IMG/VR virus record: IMGVR_UViG_3300045125_000101
Coordinates: 7,823-71,822 of that record
Source: a virus
Length of the DNA stretch: 64,000 nucleotides
Direction: 5' to 3' (one strand)
Shown here piece by piece: positions 38,138 to 50,661 of this stretch. Position 1 is the stretch's first letter. Every line of letters begins with the position of its first letter. A program made the position numbers and the translations under genes. A model generated the notes under the pieces. The model did no database searches. It saw only the letters and a list, made by a program, of their open reading frames with translations, and was not told the origin of the DNA.

Positions 38138-38547
38138 AACAGTTCTATATTCTGATGTATATTGCCAATCACTTCTACTCTGTATTTATTGCTCAAAATG
38201 TCTTCATCAAAGTCATCGCTGCGAATATGCTCATATGATACAGCAAATCTGCCATTCCAAAGATACACTACTTGACCAATCTCCTCATTGCCTTCTGTGA
38301 ATGAATAATCAATCTTGCCATCTTTGACAACAGGACGAGTAAAGCAGCGTTTTACTTTTACAATATCGCCTTCGTAGATGTCTTTGCCATTTTTGTCGTT
38401 TAGACCAGTATATTGCTCAACGACATAGTTGCCATCATAGCAAGGACGTAATATACCATCATCACCAAACACTTCCAAAATAGATGGTGAAGTCCATTCC
38501 TTGTGTGTGTTGTTCCAACATCTAAACTTTAGTTCGCGTCTATTCAT
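38134..38547 (-). CDS. YopX family protein
   Basis: KFRCW...EQYTGL.DKNG..IYEGDIV...EVIGNIH.N.ELL. Confidence 0.9.
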   Translation of the reverse strand: MNRRELKFRCWNNTHKEWTSPSILEVFGDDGILRPCYDGNYVVEQYTGLNDKNGKDIYEGDIVKVKRCFTRPVVKDGKIDYSFTEGNEEIGQVVYLWNGRFAVSYEHIRSDDFDEDILSNKYRVEVIGNIHQNIELL

Positions 38548-38956
38548 AAAATATTACCTATAAATCGGAGCATTATATGGATTGCCATTCTTCTCAAAAT
38601 ATTCAGCACGATAAATAGCATCCAGCCTGTTTATGACTGATTGGCTTGCCATTATGCTGATTGGCCAATGGACTGATTCTATTTTTATAGAAACCAGTTC
38701 TTTTTTCATCAGCATCAAGATTCAACTCGTTCTGCTGCCATTTTCCATTTTCATCATATTGGCCAGATTCAGAACCTATTTGAGAAGCATTACAGTTCTC
38801 ACAATGATATGGACCACATTGAACCATCGCCAACGCCAACATCAACCCAATCAGCTTCCATAGGAAACTGGCAATATGGACAAGGCATTGTAGAAGTATC
38901 GTATGGACTGCTCATAATGGTTCCATACTATGACTGGTTTATAGAATAGTCAATAA

Positions 38957-38983
38957 AAAGCCCCAACTTTTTTGTTGGGGTTT
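38957..38983 (-). terminator. Rho-independent terminator
   Basis: CCCCAAC/GTTGGGG hairpin with an A-run on the left. Confidence 0.7.
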
Positions 38984-39062
38984 CTGACCAAATAAGTTGT
39001 GATTATATATTTTTATAATTCCGCCGCAATAAGTTTGTCCAGCGATTTATTAGTTGGTATTC

Positions 39063-39269
39063 CTAATCCTTCTCATAATCGCTTTCTTCGTCGTTCCAAA
39101 TAAATGTAAGTAGAACATATTCAGCCAATCCTTCGTCAAAGTAAATGTGCATTTCACGGTCTTTGTCATTATACCATTCGTTGTCTTCACTTATCCAATG
39201 GAACCCAAGATTTTGCAACTTTTTGTATTTGTTCTGGGGTATAGCGTGATTTAGAAGATGTTTCTTCAA
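39063..39269 (-). CDS. hypothetical protein
   Basis: Intact ORF. Confidence 0.55.
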   Translation of the reverse strand: MKKHLLNHAIPQNKYKKLQNLGFHWISEDNEWYNDKDREMHIYFDEGLAEYVLLTFIWNDEESDYEKD

Positions 39270-39484
39270 ACTTCGTTAGGTCTTTGCTTTTGCCACAAAA
39301 GAAGTTGTTCGGTATCAAGGTCTTTCAGAAATACATCTCCATTTGATACAGTCAGCACTTCTGCTCGTCTTTTGGTCTTGAGAGCATCATTATCATTCCA
39401 CCTACACTTTATCTCCACGCTTGAATGATGTGTAGTTTCTTCAATAACTTCTCTTATCAATGCTTTTAGTTCTGATTTTTTCAT
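39266..39484 (-). CDS. hypothetical protein
   Basis: MKKSELKALIREVIEE start after a TATTTATA motif. Confidence 0.65.
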   Translation of the reverse strand: MKKSELKALIREVIEETTHHSSVEIKCRWNDNDALKTKRRAEVLTVSNGDVFLKDLDTEQLLLWQKQRPNEV

Positions 39485-39552
39485 ATTTGTTGTTTTCAGG
39501 ATTTTATATAAATATAAGCCAAGAACCGCTATTCTATCCAAAGGATGGATTT

Positions 39553-40449
39553 TTAGTCAGCACGAAAACAGTTTGAGGGGTCCAGTGCGAGGATAGTTAG
39601 GAACGCCAAGACCCGTTGTATTCATATACATAAAGGTAATGCTCTTTCCTTCCCAATCCTTCTTGTTCTTTAGACGCTCAACACCCTGTTCATATGTTCG
39701 AGTGAATGTAGCATCAAATACCTTGTCATTCCATTTGATTGCTTGGCGGTCTTGGCAGTATTAGCCCAGTTTTCCGCTGCCCTCAATAAGTTTGACAATG
39801 ACACCTTCATCCGAATTTTCAGGCTTGTATTTCAAAAGAAAACGGCTTCGCTTATTTTTCATATGGCGAATGAGGAATACAGAATAATAGCACCCTCTTC
39901 ACCATCATCAAGATATGTGTTATACACCTTGTCAAGTTCTTCCTGTGAATATACCATAGTATCATTCACTTTGCGATAATACTTGCTGTATTTGGGAAGA
40001 GGTTCATCAATCTGCTTCTTACGAACAGTATACTTGTTACACGGGTCTGTCGCAGGGCCAATATAGTACCCATCGTATACATAGAAACAAACCATCTCTT
40101 CGCTCTTCTTGAGGTCTTCGGAAGAAATGTTCTTTGTCTTGCGAACAAGTTTGACCAATTCATTCAGTTTCTGGCGATAATCATATGAATAGAGTTCTCC
40201 GTCCAAAACAGCCGAGGGGTAATCCTCAAAGAATTTTTCCAAGTCCTTGTTGATATGTGGGACCCTTCTCACATTCCTCTCCTTTTCTGGAAGTCAGTAT
40301 CACATCGCTTTACCATCATATGTAGCGACACAGCGACAGTTATGAACCAATATATTATTGGCGAAAAAGTTGTGATTATCTTCCACTTCCAAATCATATC
40401 TGTCTTCCGAACTGATTTTTGTGATTTTAGTTATTCTTGCAGTTTTCAT
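39553..40449 (-). CDS. lig: split-intein C-half (37 aa) fused to the ATP-dependent DNA ligase C-part (frameshifted)
   Basis: MKTARIT...YDLEVEDNHNFFANNILVHN|CRC; ligase LDGELY, EG.I., KRS..L.K.K motifs. Confidence 0.88.
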
Positions 40450-41339
40450 TTATGATTTTTTTATTTTTTCAAATTTTTTATTTATATCGCATTCCCACAA
40501 TACTACCACTTTATACCCAAAACTTTCAATCTGTTTTTTTCTTGCTTTGTCAAACTTTCTTATGTCCTTGGCCGACATCGGCCCCGAATATCTTTCAATA
40601 ATGTCTGTTGATTTATATATTTTTGGATTAGCGTGCCACTTATCACCATTTATTTCAAATACAAGTTTTTTGTCTTCTATTATGATGTCTGGGTATAGGA
40701 GAATATTCAGTTTGAGTTATTTTGTTGTATTTTTTGAACCTTTGGTCCGAGCATTCACTTTCGTATTTTACTCCTATTTCATCAAGGTATTTTTCTATTT
40801 TTATATGTATTTTACTTCGTCTGCCGGTTTTATTTTTTACATATGACTCAAGAAAACATACATTGGACACCCTATATTTCTAATCATCAGTATCCTTTGA
40901 TATTTTCTTTATCTCGTCAAGTTGAAAAACATTTTTTTACTCCATATTTCTTTTTTACTGTCCTATTTCTTTTTTTATACCAAGTTGAATTTTTACCATT
41001 ACATGATTGACGCCATATTTTTTAGAGTGGTCATTTTTCTTTTTTTCTTTCGATAGAAGATAATGCCGCCCTCTCTTTCAATCTCAACGTTGGTATATTG
41101 TATTCTTTACATAGTGAAAATATATGACTTGCGTCGGTTTTTATATTTTTTGGTTGAAAAATATTTGTACAAATATGATAAATGCTATGATTTTCTTTTA
41201 TAACCAACTCTTCTAGAAAATCTTTAGTCAGTATGCTCCGAATATATTTTCTACGAGTGTGGTTATTAGAATGAAGATTTAGTATATCGTCATTTAGTTT
41301 TGATTTATTGAATATTTCAAGTAGTTGTCCCATATCCAT
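40450..41339 (-). mobile_element. free-standing EDxHD/Vsr-like homing endonuclease between the split-intein halves (frameshifted)
   Basis: PDIII...EINGDKWHANP...GYKVVVLWE.D; stop TAA directly abuts the IntC ATG. Confidence 0.85.
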
Positions 41340-41370
41340 AAATATAAGACAGCCCAAGAAAAATGGAGAA

Positions 41371-42067
41371 TTATTGAATATTTTTTAGCATAACAACATC
41401 GTCGGGAGTCAACTCATCAACACGACGCCAGCACTGTAAACGAGGCAAATACACTTTATGACATCCAGTAAGTTTGATTTTATCTCCAGAAGAAGTTTCA
41501 ACTTCGTACCAAACGACATCGTTTGTTCCGTGATTTTTCATAAAATGAAGAACCTTTTTATATTCTTGTTTTTTGGTTTTGTGTTATAAGACAGCACTTC
41601 GCAGTCAATCTGTTTATTCACAATATCACCGATTGTGATAGGTCCAAGATTAGTTTGTATAATACAATCACTGGCCAAACAGCCATTATACTTGTTCTGA
41701 ACAAGAACTCCTTCATCCCAATCCATCTTGTCTCGGTAATCATCATAGTTCTTGGCAAGCATCAGGTTCAACATAACTGCAGTAGCAAGAGTCAATCTTG
41801 CTTGACGTCAGTTGTATAACCAAGTTTGACCTTCTTGTCCCATTTTGCTTTGTGCCTCACGAAACGGCCTGTTCTATCAGCAGTTGTGGCATTGGCTCGG
41901 CCAACATTCTTGGCCTCACACATAGTCGCGCTCGCTTTGAACTTTCTTGCCATCCTGTCTGGCCCGATATAACACGAAACTTGATTGCGTCAATCTGAAC
42001 AGTCCATTTGCCACGTTTGAACAGCACCAGTAGAAGTACGAGAGAACAATGTCGGGAGGTTTTTCAT
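41371..42067 (-). CDS. lig: ATP-dependent DNA ligase N-part fused to the split-intein N-half (frameshifted)
   Basis: KNVGRAN.TT.EQA, MLAK, QNKYNG|CLASD...LTGCH.V...; ends LKNIQ-stop. Confidence 0.88.
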
Positions 42068-43264
42068 ATTATGCTTATAGCGTGACTGCTTTTTATAGAA
42101 TGTCAAGACAATATCTTGAAGCTCTTAAACACACCATTTTCGTGAACAAGTTCATCCCAGTTACCCATACTATCACGATAGATGATGTAAGCGGTTTGGA
42201 TATCTGTTATTCACTTCCTCCACAACATTTTCGGCATCGTTTGTGACGCTAATGCCACCATCGTCAATATCAATGATATGAACAATCTCGTTAGAGACTT
42301 TATAGATTTCGTAACTCATAATGCTTATACTATGACTACTTTTTATAGAATGTCAATTCCACAACACGCGGATCTCTGCGGATTTTTTTATGAAATGCAA
42401 TACCTTTTACGAGATTTCCATTGTCTAATATTCGCAATTACAACCTCTTGTCCAGCAGGCACTTCTTCTTGTGTGATAATCCCTTTTTCCAAGGAGGTGA
42501 TTTATCCTAAAGGAATCTGGGCGGTAGTAGTAAAAGTTTTCATTTTTAGTTTTAATGTCACCACATTTATAGTGAAATCCATTTTTTTGGATGAATACAT
42601 CAGAATAATCAAACCCAAGTTGTTCAAAAATGATTTTCATAATTCAAGAAGTTTTTGCTATTGAACAATTCTGCACTCAACAGTTCCCATTCAGCATTTT
42701 CTTCAAAGATGAGTTTATCCGCTTCTTCTTCACTATCAACAATCTTGGCATATCTATGCATAAACTCGGTAGTAACAAGATAATTTACACCACGTAGATT
42801 GATATATGTATTCTTGCCATCATTCATAATGGTCGGAACAAAATCTGGATATTGCTTGGCCCAACGAAGGCGAGCTTCAAACATGTCTTTCTCCTACGAG
42901 AAAGCATAGATATTGCCAAAACCTTCTTGAAGGAAGTAGTGCAGTGGGTCTTTCATAATTTAGACGAACACTCTAGCAGTATTTTATAGAAAGTCAAGAA
43001 CTATTCCTTGGGAGAGATAGATAATCTCAAAAGTTCCGCTGACTTTTTCTTGTAACTCCATTTTGGTCAACAAATTGAATAGTGTTTGGACCACGCCAAG
43101 TAATTTTGCCTGTAGTATACATTTCTGGAAATACACCTACAGTTATAACGAACCATAAACTGATGATATCTTTCGTCGTTTGGCTTATCAAGATTGCAAC
43201 CAGACAATAGAATGATAGCAGACAATAGGAGTAATTTTTTCATTTTAAAACAAATCGGCGTTTT

Positions 43265-44087
43265 TTATTTTTAGCTCTTTGTCGGTTCTGGTTTTGGCCA
43301 AGATTGCATATTCTTCACTTATATCGATTCCAATATAATCTCTATTATTTTTTACTGCCATTTTGGTAGTAGTGCCGCTTCCAACGAACGGGTCGAGTAC
43401 AATATCTCCTTCATTAGACCAAGTAAGGATGTGGTCTTCAACAAGTTTTCTGGAAATATTGCAGGATGTGAATGCGCCTCTTTGTCTTTGGTCGCAAATC
43501 CTCCACCAACAACGTATTCCCAGATATTGTTTCTTGGAGAAAACTGAGGAACTGGTTTGATATCATTCACAATTTTAAGGTCATTATTCTTATCTCGTTT
43601 CGTATTTTTTCCCCAATTAGTAACGCCTGCCCATTTGTTTTCTTTGTCGCAAAGAAGCTTGGCGGTCTTGGGTTTTCCTTTTGATAACACAAACATATAC
43701 TCAAATATCTGAGTATATCTGTTACCATCCTTTCTTGCCGGAAAGGACGATGTATTTTCTTATATATCATGGTGTCGTGGAGAAGCAGTCCGCGTCCATA
43801 AACTTCAATGATTGCCTGAAACTATTTCCGGTTTCTCCGCCATCAATGACGGCATCTCCAACAACCCACACAAGTACGCCACCTTTTTTAGTACTCTTAC
43901 TACTTGCGGTACAAGATTGGCCGAAGTCGAACGAGTAACCATTGTATTCGTCTTTAATTCCTACATTTGATTTGTACGAACGAATATCGTCATATGGAGG
44001 AGTAACAATCAAGTCAATCAGCTCATCATCTATTTCCTTCAATATATCTACGTTGTTTCCACAAATAATGTTATTTTTATGTTTCAT
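43265..44087 (-). CDS. beta-class N4C/N6A DNA methyltransferase (frameshifted)
   Basis: PPY catalytic motif near the N-terminus; HPAIFPE; VLDPFVGSGTT SAM motif; YIGIDIS.EY. Confidence 0.9.
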
Positions 44088-44194
44088 TCGGCAAGTATGA
44101 ACCATTCGTTATTTTTGTAAAGTACTGGCTTATCTTGAGATATAAAATTTAATATAGTATCCGCCGACTATCAACTGTCGGCGTTTTTTTTTAA

Positions 44195-44833
44195 AACAAT
44201 ATCTAATGTAAACGCTTTTTCATTCAGTTACATAAGTCTTTTGTTTGTTTTATCACCATCAACGAATTCACCAACCAATCGCCTATCTTCTCTAATAAAG
44301 GTCTTTTATTAAGCGACGGTGCATAATATCCATTTGCATATTTGAATGCCAATTATCTTTTTTAGGAACATCACGCAAGAATATATACTTATATCATTTC
44401 CATTTGGCTCACAGGAAACGAGTAAATAGTGCTTTCACGCGAAAATTCCCCACCACGCCAGGTCGCGTTTTTGGCCACCCTTGACTTCAAGTTTTGTATT
44501 CTTCGTTTGTGGTCGTATTTGTAAACAGCAAATCCACATCGTTGTCGAATTTTCCGACTCTAACTTTTATAAAGTTCCAAGTTGGGGGTCCGTGTGTGAA
44601 ATAATTTCGCTATCATTGCACAGATTGCACTTGAAATAATTTCGCTTTTTTGTTTCTCCGATAAACGGAATTCAAATCTGGATTCTAAACTATTTACGAA
44701 TTCAGTAATTCTTTAAAAGAAATTTGTATTGCTGGAGAAAGCGACGCGAGAATTAATTCTCGAAACGAGTTTTTTGGGTCAATATCTTTGATATTTTTCC
44801 TACATATACGTAGTTGTTTTTTGATTTTGCCAT
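44195..44833 (-). CDS. PD-(D/E)XK nuclease, putative restriction endonuclease (heavily frameshifted)
   Basis: DNDVDLLF-(x9)-KLEVK-GGQNATWRGGEFS in the joined frames; directly upstream of the MTase. Confidence 0.5.
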
Positions 44834-45138
44834 TGTATTATTATGATAAATTTTTATAAAATGTCAAGACTTAATTCCTGCGACCAATTATCATTCTTTA
44901 ATTGTTCGTCCAGATATTCTTTTTAGTTCTTTGACGTTTTCTTTTTGCTAAGAATAACTTCATCACCATATGGTCTGCCAGTTTAATGACTTGCCAAATA
45001 CATTTTTGACGATAACGCCAAGATGTTTCTGCGATATATCCCCGCTGCCAAAATGAAAACATGCGAGATGTCTTCTTCGTGGTACTTTTTCAAAGTGAAG
45101 TTCGTGAGTATGACACTCGCTAGCAACATGTAGTCTCG

Positions 45139-45441
45139 TCATCTTTTTTCACGCAGTTGTTTCTTCCTCTTCACCCTTTTCTTCTCTGGATATAAAGCAG
45201 TAAATCCCTTCGCGCCTTTGATTTTATCAAAATAACTCCATTGACTCCAGAAGTTTTCAGTCAATGTGCCAAGTTCAGCATTATATGGCACAATCTCAAA
45301 TGCCATGTCTCCCTGCCCGTCTCGTGGATTTTCGTCAAAGTAATCCAGGAATTCGGCACTCAGGCTTGTTTGAGTTTTCCTTATACCCATTTTGCGAGCT
45401 TCTTCGCCACTTTTGCCTGCCAGTTCAGGGAACTTGCTCAA
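45139..45441 (-). CDS. hypothetical protein (may extend upstream)
   Basis: ORF track. Confidence 0.45.
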   Translation of the reverse strand: MSKFPELAGKSGEEARKMGIRKTQTSLSAEFLDYFDENPRDGQGDMAFEIVPYNAELGTLTENFWSQWSYFDKIKGAKGFTALYPEKKRVKRKKQLREKR

Positions 45442-46008
45442 GTCAATCGATTATAATCTTCACGGCCACAGTGCGCGACAAATGATCCACCATTATCATT
45501 AGTCGTAGTTTCACATAATGTCTTATATATCGGTCGTTATAGCAGTTAGTGTCAGATATATCAGACGTTAGTTTGAATCTTCGTCATCATTATCTCTCGT
45601 CCTCGTCCGCATCTTCATCCTCAGCGTCGGCATCGTCTTCAACCAAAGATATTCAAACCAGTTTTCATTGTCTATGGTCTCCTTTCACGCTGAATGCCAT
45701 TCTCAGCTAAACCATCTGCCAAAATAGAAAGTTTGCTGTCGTATGGAACAATCTCAAGTTGACCATCATTATCCTTCGCAGAAAGATTCTCTGTATTTTC
45801 AACAATCCATTGCGTCACATAATCTTTGTCCAAGTTTTCAAGTTCAGGAAAGTTGTCTGTATCAACGATATACTTGTCATAACTCAAAAAGTCTTGAAAG
45901 ACTCGCAGTTATTGGATTTTCATTTTCATAATATTTTGATGTATTCTGTATATACCATACACATTTTTTCATAGTTGTCAACCCACTATTTGTACTATTT
46001 ATAATATT

Positions 46009-46666
46009 ATGGAAAATGTATCTTGGATAATGGACTCTATCAAAACTGGTGCTCCTGCTCTTGTAGGATTTCTTGTAAAATACTTATGGGATTACTATAC
46101 TGCCAGAAAGCAGTTGAAGCAGGAAAGAATACGCAAACTTGAAGATTTGAAGGCTATGCTTGAAGAAAGCAAAAATCTGTTTGTGATGCAGAACAAACTA
46201 TTGCGTAGATTATGTAATGATGTATGCGAACGTACAAAATGTGAAGCAGAATATAACTCAAACGGCTATGAACATTTTCTTACTCAACTATGATGTTATG
46301 ACTGAAGATGAAAGGGACACTCACTCAGTCATACGTGGCACAACAATGAACAGCATCAATATTGTAAATCAAGAGTTGGAAAAATGGATACAAGAAGACA
46401 AAGAGTTCAAAATCAATAGCGTCAAAGAACTACGCACTATTGATTTTGGAACAAAGTTTGCCAAACAACTAAATCAACTTGAACTACATTTGAATTTGTG
46501 GCGAGACAAGTATAATGTATGGATGAACAACGAAAAGCATTGCGTTGTATATCTTGATGACGAAGAAAGACACGGTGTTGGATTTCCAACTGGCATAGAA
46601 GATATGGTAAATGAAGCTCTTGGACTATTAAGCAATAAACTAAAACAAATATACGTTAGGTGTTAG
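46009..46666 (+). CDS. membrane-anchored hypothetical protein (frameshifted)
   Basis: N-terminal TM, coiled coil, C-terminal LELHL.LW..KY...VYL.DEE.HGVGFP; TATTTATA upstream. Confidence 0.7.
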
Positions 46667-47588
46667 TAGTTATTCATTTCACTTTCGTTGATGGAAATAG
46701 TATCAACGTCTTTTAGATTTACGTGATGCATACTATCGTATATATTTACAGCACCATCTTCAACAACCAATATAATGATTGCTGTTTGTATCTAAAAGCA
46801 TAGTTTGTGCTACAGTGGGTTTTTGAACTTACGCTTATAGTAATCTGTGATTGGTATCCTTGATATATTCCGCCGCCTTTTTGCTTGCACAAGAATATGC
46901 GGCACCTTGTGCCTATGAATGACCAACGATTTGATTTATATTCTTGATAGGATGCAAAAGAGTCCCAATCAACCCAGTTTATTCCACCGTGGCGTTGATA
47001 GCCACCGTCCGTCAGCCTGCGGAAAATAGCATAGAACCTTCTCCTTTTTTGCCTCGTTCTATATCTTCGGCGACGGCTTCAGGCAGCCACTTCATCCAAC
47101 AAACTCAAGAGAGTTTTCTCGTTTAGGAATCAAATAGCATCTGCCCAAACATCCCAGATAGGTTTGGTCAAGCCAGCGTGCGCTAAGCAAAAATCCATCT
47201 GAAATATGATATATAACTTTGAACCTACTTTTATCTTCTTCAGAAAGTATCTTGTTTATTTGAATATTTTTACTATTGCTTTATATCCACTACAGCGAAA
47301 GTGCGAATATTGTCTTGATAAATGTATGAAGTGTCGTGATTGCCAGTTAATGCAACGATTTTTCATTGTATACTTTACCACGCAGCCATTCAGCAGTATC
47401 AATAGCCTCATAGTCGCCATCACCCCAAGCATCAAAATAGTCGCCCAATAAGATACACTTATCGTGAGGCACCTTATCTAATAGGTATTGTGCTCTACGA
47501 TATCTATGATGTATGTCGCTTAAGTACCAAATACGATTACTTTTTTCTCGCTCATAAAAATACTATAGGGGGGTACCTAAAATTTGTT

Positions 47589-47873
47589 TCAGAACGTTTC
47601 TTTTTTATATATTCGCTGTTGATAAAATCTTTCTGGCTTCATCGCCGCTTTCTTTTGATTGCAGCTATGACAGCATACGGCAAAGTTAGAATGGACTGTG
47701 TCGGGGTCACCTCCACCTGAAGAAGCTTGGGCATATAATGGTCTACCGTGGCTTGTTCTCCACGCTTGATAGATTTCATCTTTAGATTTGTTTTTACCGC
47801 AGTAAGAACAAATCAAACGGCCACTTGATTTTTTATTTCTTGTTTTAGAAAAGCGGCGCGGGCTCTGTTCCAT
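47589..47873 (-). CDS. HNH endonuclease (frameshifted)
   Basis: CSYCG...DH..P...GG....N...C..CNQKK. Confidence 0.75.
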   Translation of the reverse strand: MEQSPRRFSKTRNKKSSGRLICSYCGKNKSKDEIYQAWRTSHGRPLYAQASSGGGDPDTVHSNFAVCCHSCNQKKAAMKPERFYQQRIYKKETF

Positions 47874-47973
47874 CGCTTGCTCTCCATACTGGAATATACT
47901 TTGTTTAGTAGTACAAGATGCGCATAACTTTTTATATGCACATCCCTTCCATATGGAGAGTAGGCTTCATACT

Positions 47974-48234
47974 TTATTCAGTATGATATTCAGTGCCATC
48001 ATATTTGTCGTGTACATCACAAAGCAGTTGTTTCTTTTTTGGCGGCGGGGCTGGCGTGGTTGCCTCCCAAGCAATCTTGATGCTGTCCATATGCTTTTCA
48101 GGCATATAGACCATACGTATGCCATTTACAGCAAACATATGCACAAAATCTTCTATGCTCATTTTTTTATAACTCTCAATATCTCCATTACCACCCGCAT
48201 TGATAATGGCATTTCCCATCATCATAAAAGTCAT
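47974..48234 (-). CDS. hypothetical protein
   Basis: Intact ORF. Confidence 0.5.
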   Translation of the reverse strand: MTFMMMGNAIINAGGNGDIESYKKMSIEDFVHMFAVNGIRMVYMPEKHMDSIKIAWEATTPAPPPKKKQLLCDVHDKYDGTEYHTE

Positions 48235-48274
48235 CGCGGCATAGTTGTTTTCTAATATCGTTGTTCATAAGTTC

Positions 48275-48619
48275 TTAGCTCCAGAAAAATCCTCTGTTTT
48301 CTACAATCCAAACCAGCCACTTTGTATCAAGGTCTTCAAGTTCTTTTTCAAGACGATTTACTTCACCATACTTTTCTTCATATGTAGCAGCGTCCTTGAC
48401 TGATGTATGGTTGGTTGGGTATGCTTCTTCAATCTTCTTTTCAAGTTGCTTGCGGTCAAACTTGATATAATCATAGCATTTATTTAGTTCAACTTCAAAC
48501 TTGGCGTGGATTTCACTTGAGTTGGCAAAATCAACGTGCTCAAAGCACTTTTCCTGCTCTACAAAATGCAATACCATCGCAAAGTTTCGTGCGGAATAAG
48601 CCACACTTTGTCTGTCCAA
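48275..48619 (-). CDS. hypothetical protein (may extend upstream)
   Basis: NFAMVLHFVE...WIVENR..FWS. Confidence 0.6.
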   Translation of the reverse strand: MDRQSVAYSARNFAMVLHFVEQEKCFEHVDFANSSEIHAKFEVELNKCYDYIKFDRKQLEKKIEEAYPTNHTSVKDAATYEEKYGEVNRLEKELEDLDTKWLVWIVENRGFFWS

Positions 48620-49013
48620 GTGCGTGGAATATCCTTACTTCTACAATCTTGCTTTGACATACACGACATTCAACATTGTCATAAAACCAACGACCGTTGG
48701 TCATATGCGATACGTGGCAACACTTTGTTTCGGCTAGCAATATTGAACAGGATACTTCTTTTTGAGATATGTATTTACTTCACTATTTTCCAATAGAACT
48801 TCGTGATAATCGCCTGTGTGCGGAATATAATACCAGAAATAAAACATATGCCGCTTGGAATATGGCAATTTCTTATAATCTTCTAGTGTTTCGCAGTATA
48901 GATACTTATAAAGCAAACTATCCGCGCTTTCAAAAAATCTACAATCTTGTCTTTTAGTGTGGGCGTATATTTGCCTTCTGGCATTTTGATTGCCTGTGTT
49001 CGTTGTTCAAAGT

Positions 49014-49870
49014 TCATAAGTCATTTACTCTGTAAGGATTGATAAAGTTGATGTTGCGGTCTTTATTAGACTCTACAAGTTTGTTATAGTTGTATCGTCC
49101 AGATAAATGAGCAGCGTATATATTTTTAGCACGAATATCTTGACAAAAATTATATGCTTCGTCAAGTGTAAAATGTGTAGGGTCGTCTCTATCTTCTGCA
49201 TTCAAGAAGGTGCAATCCATTATAATATCTTTTACATCCATCAAATCCAGTAGTATCGTTGATTTGATAAGCATCAAGAGCAATACGCAAATAGATTAGC
49301 ACGATAACTTTCATTGAGGTCAGCACTCTTCATTCCTTTGCTAATAAGAAAAGGAATGTCTAATCCTTGATACTCTTTTCTCAAGCGAGTACGGTTTTCA
49401 TAAATCACATAACCAAGTGTGCTTTTGTTCTTTTGATGCTGCATATTGAATGCACGCAAAAATTGCTTGTTGCCAAGGTCAAGTTCAAAGCCAGCCTCAA
49501 TAGGCACAAACTTCAAGTCATAACGCAACCAGTTGCCAGCACGAAGCTTGCAGAACTGAATAAGGTCATTCATCAAGTAGTTGTCAGCAGGATAATATAC
49601 CGTAAGAGGTTTGTTATTATCCATTGTATCTGTATTGCAGCTCATACCTCTGCCTGCATTGCGACAGCCAATAATAGATGGCAAGCCAAGAGTATGATCG
49701 CCGTGGTCGTGAGAAATAAAGATTTTATCAATCCCAGCAAGATGATTGCCAATGCTTGTAGCAGCACCTTCGCCGCAATCAAACATTAGACTGCGTGTCT
49801 TATCATAGCACCAGTTGCTATAAAGTGCCTTGCTAAAGAGAAATGTTGAGACCGTTATTCACAATCTCAA
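49014..49870 (-). CDS. rnz: RNase Z-like metallo-beta-lactamase nuclease (frameshifted)
   Basis: FDCGEG, IFISHDHGDH, DCTFL...H......HLS.RY. Confidence 0.75.
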
Positions 49871-49916
49871 CATTGACTAGTTTTTATAGAATGTCAAGAA
49901 GTTATTGTATTAACTT

Positions 49917-50640
49917 ATTTTTAATGCCTGTATTGCTGCAATTCTTAATCTGTTATTATAAAGCGGAGAATATACAAAGAAACTATCCGGCCAATGGTAT
50001 TCCAGTAGTCCAACTTGCTGTGGAAGATGCTGGTGGATTTGTCCAACCAGTGTTATTAGTTGGAGAATTAAGGTCCGCAGAACTTGAGCCCGCAGAAGTA
50101 AGATATACTCTTCTATATTCCAATTGAACTTGTTGGTTTGCCGAGCCTGAATTTAATAATGTGAATTTTATTCCATAAAATCCATTATAGTTTGAGCCCG
50201 ATGCACTTGATGAAAATTCGGGAGAAATGGTTTGTATTTTCGTGAAAATATGCTCTATACATACTTGAACCAGAAAACGCAGTAAGATATAAACGATGAT
50301 ACGTGTTAAATGAGTCTCCGAATGAAACATAAGAAGAGTTGCTAGGGTCTCGACCTTGTTCCGGAACCAGTCACGCTTGCCATACCTATAAAATTAGTAC
50401 CAGACACACCAGGCATATTACTTCCGCTGTCTTTTAATCCTATATAAATTTTATCAGAGTCACTGTTTATGGATTTATACTTTCTGTTGCTATGGATGCA
50501 GAATCCGATGCAGTACTTACCAATCTAAACAACATACCAATACGCATCTCTGTCCACTGCCCAAAATTAAATGGTCTGTAAAATGCTTCTCTTGGTTCCA
50601 AGAGTAAATTATTCTCGCTTTGATACATTATTTTAGCCAT
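49917..50640 (-). CDS. probable virion structural/fibre protein (frameshifted)
   Basis: Ser/Thr/Gly-rich beta-type composition; co-oriented with the Pro/Thr-rich gene. Confidence 0.45.
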
Positions 50641-50661
50641 AAGATTTATTTTTGAGTGTTA

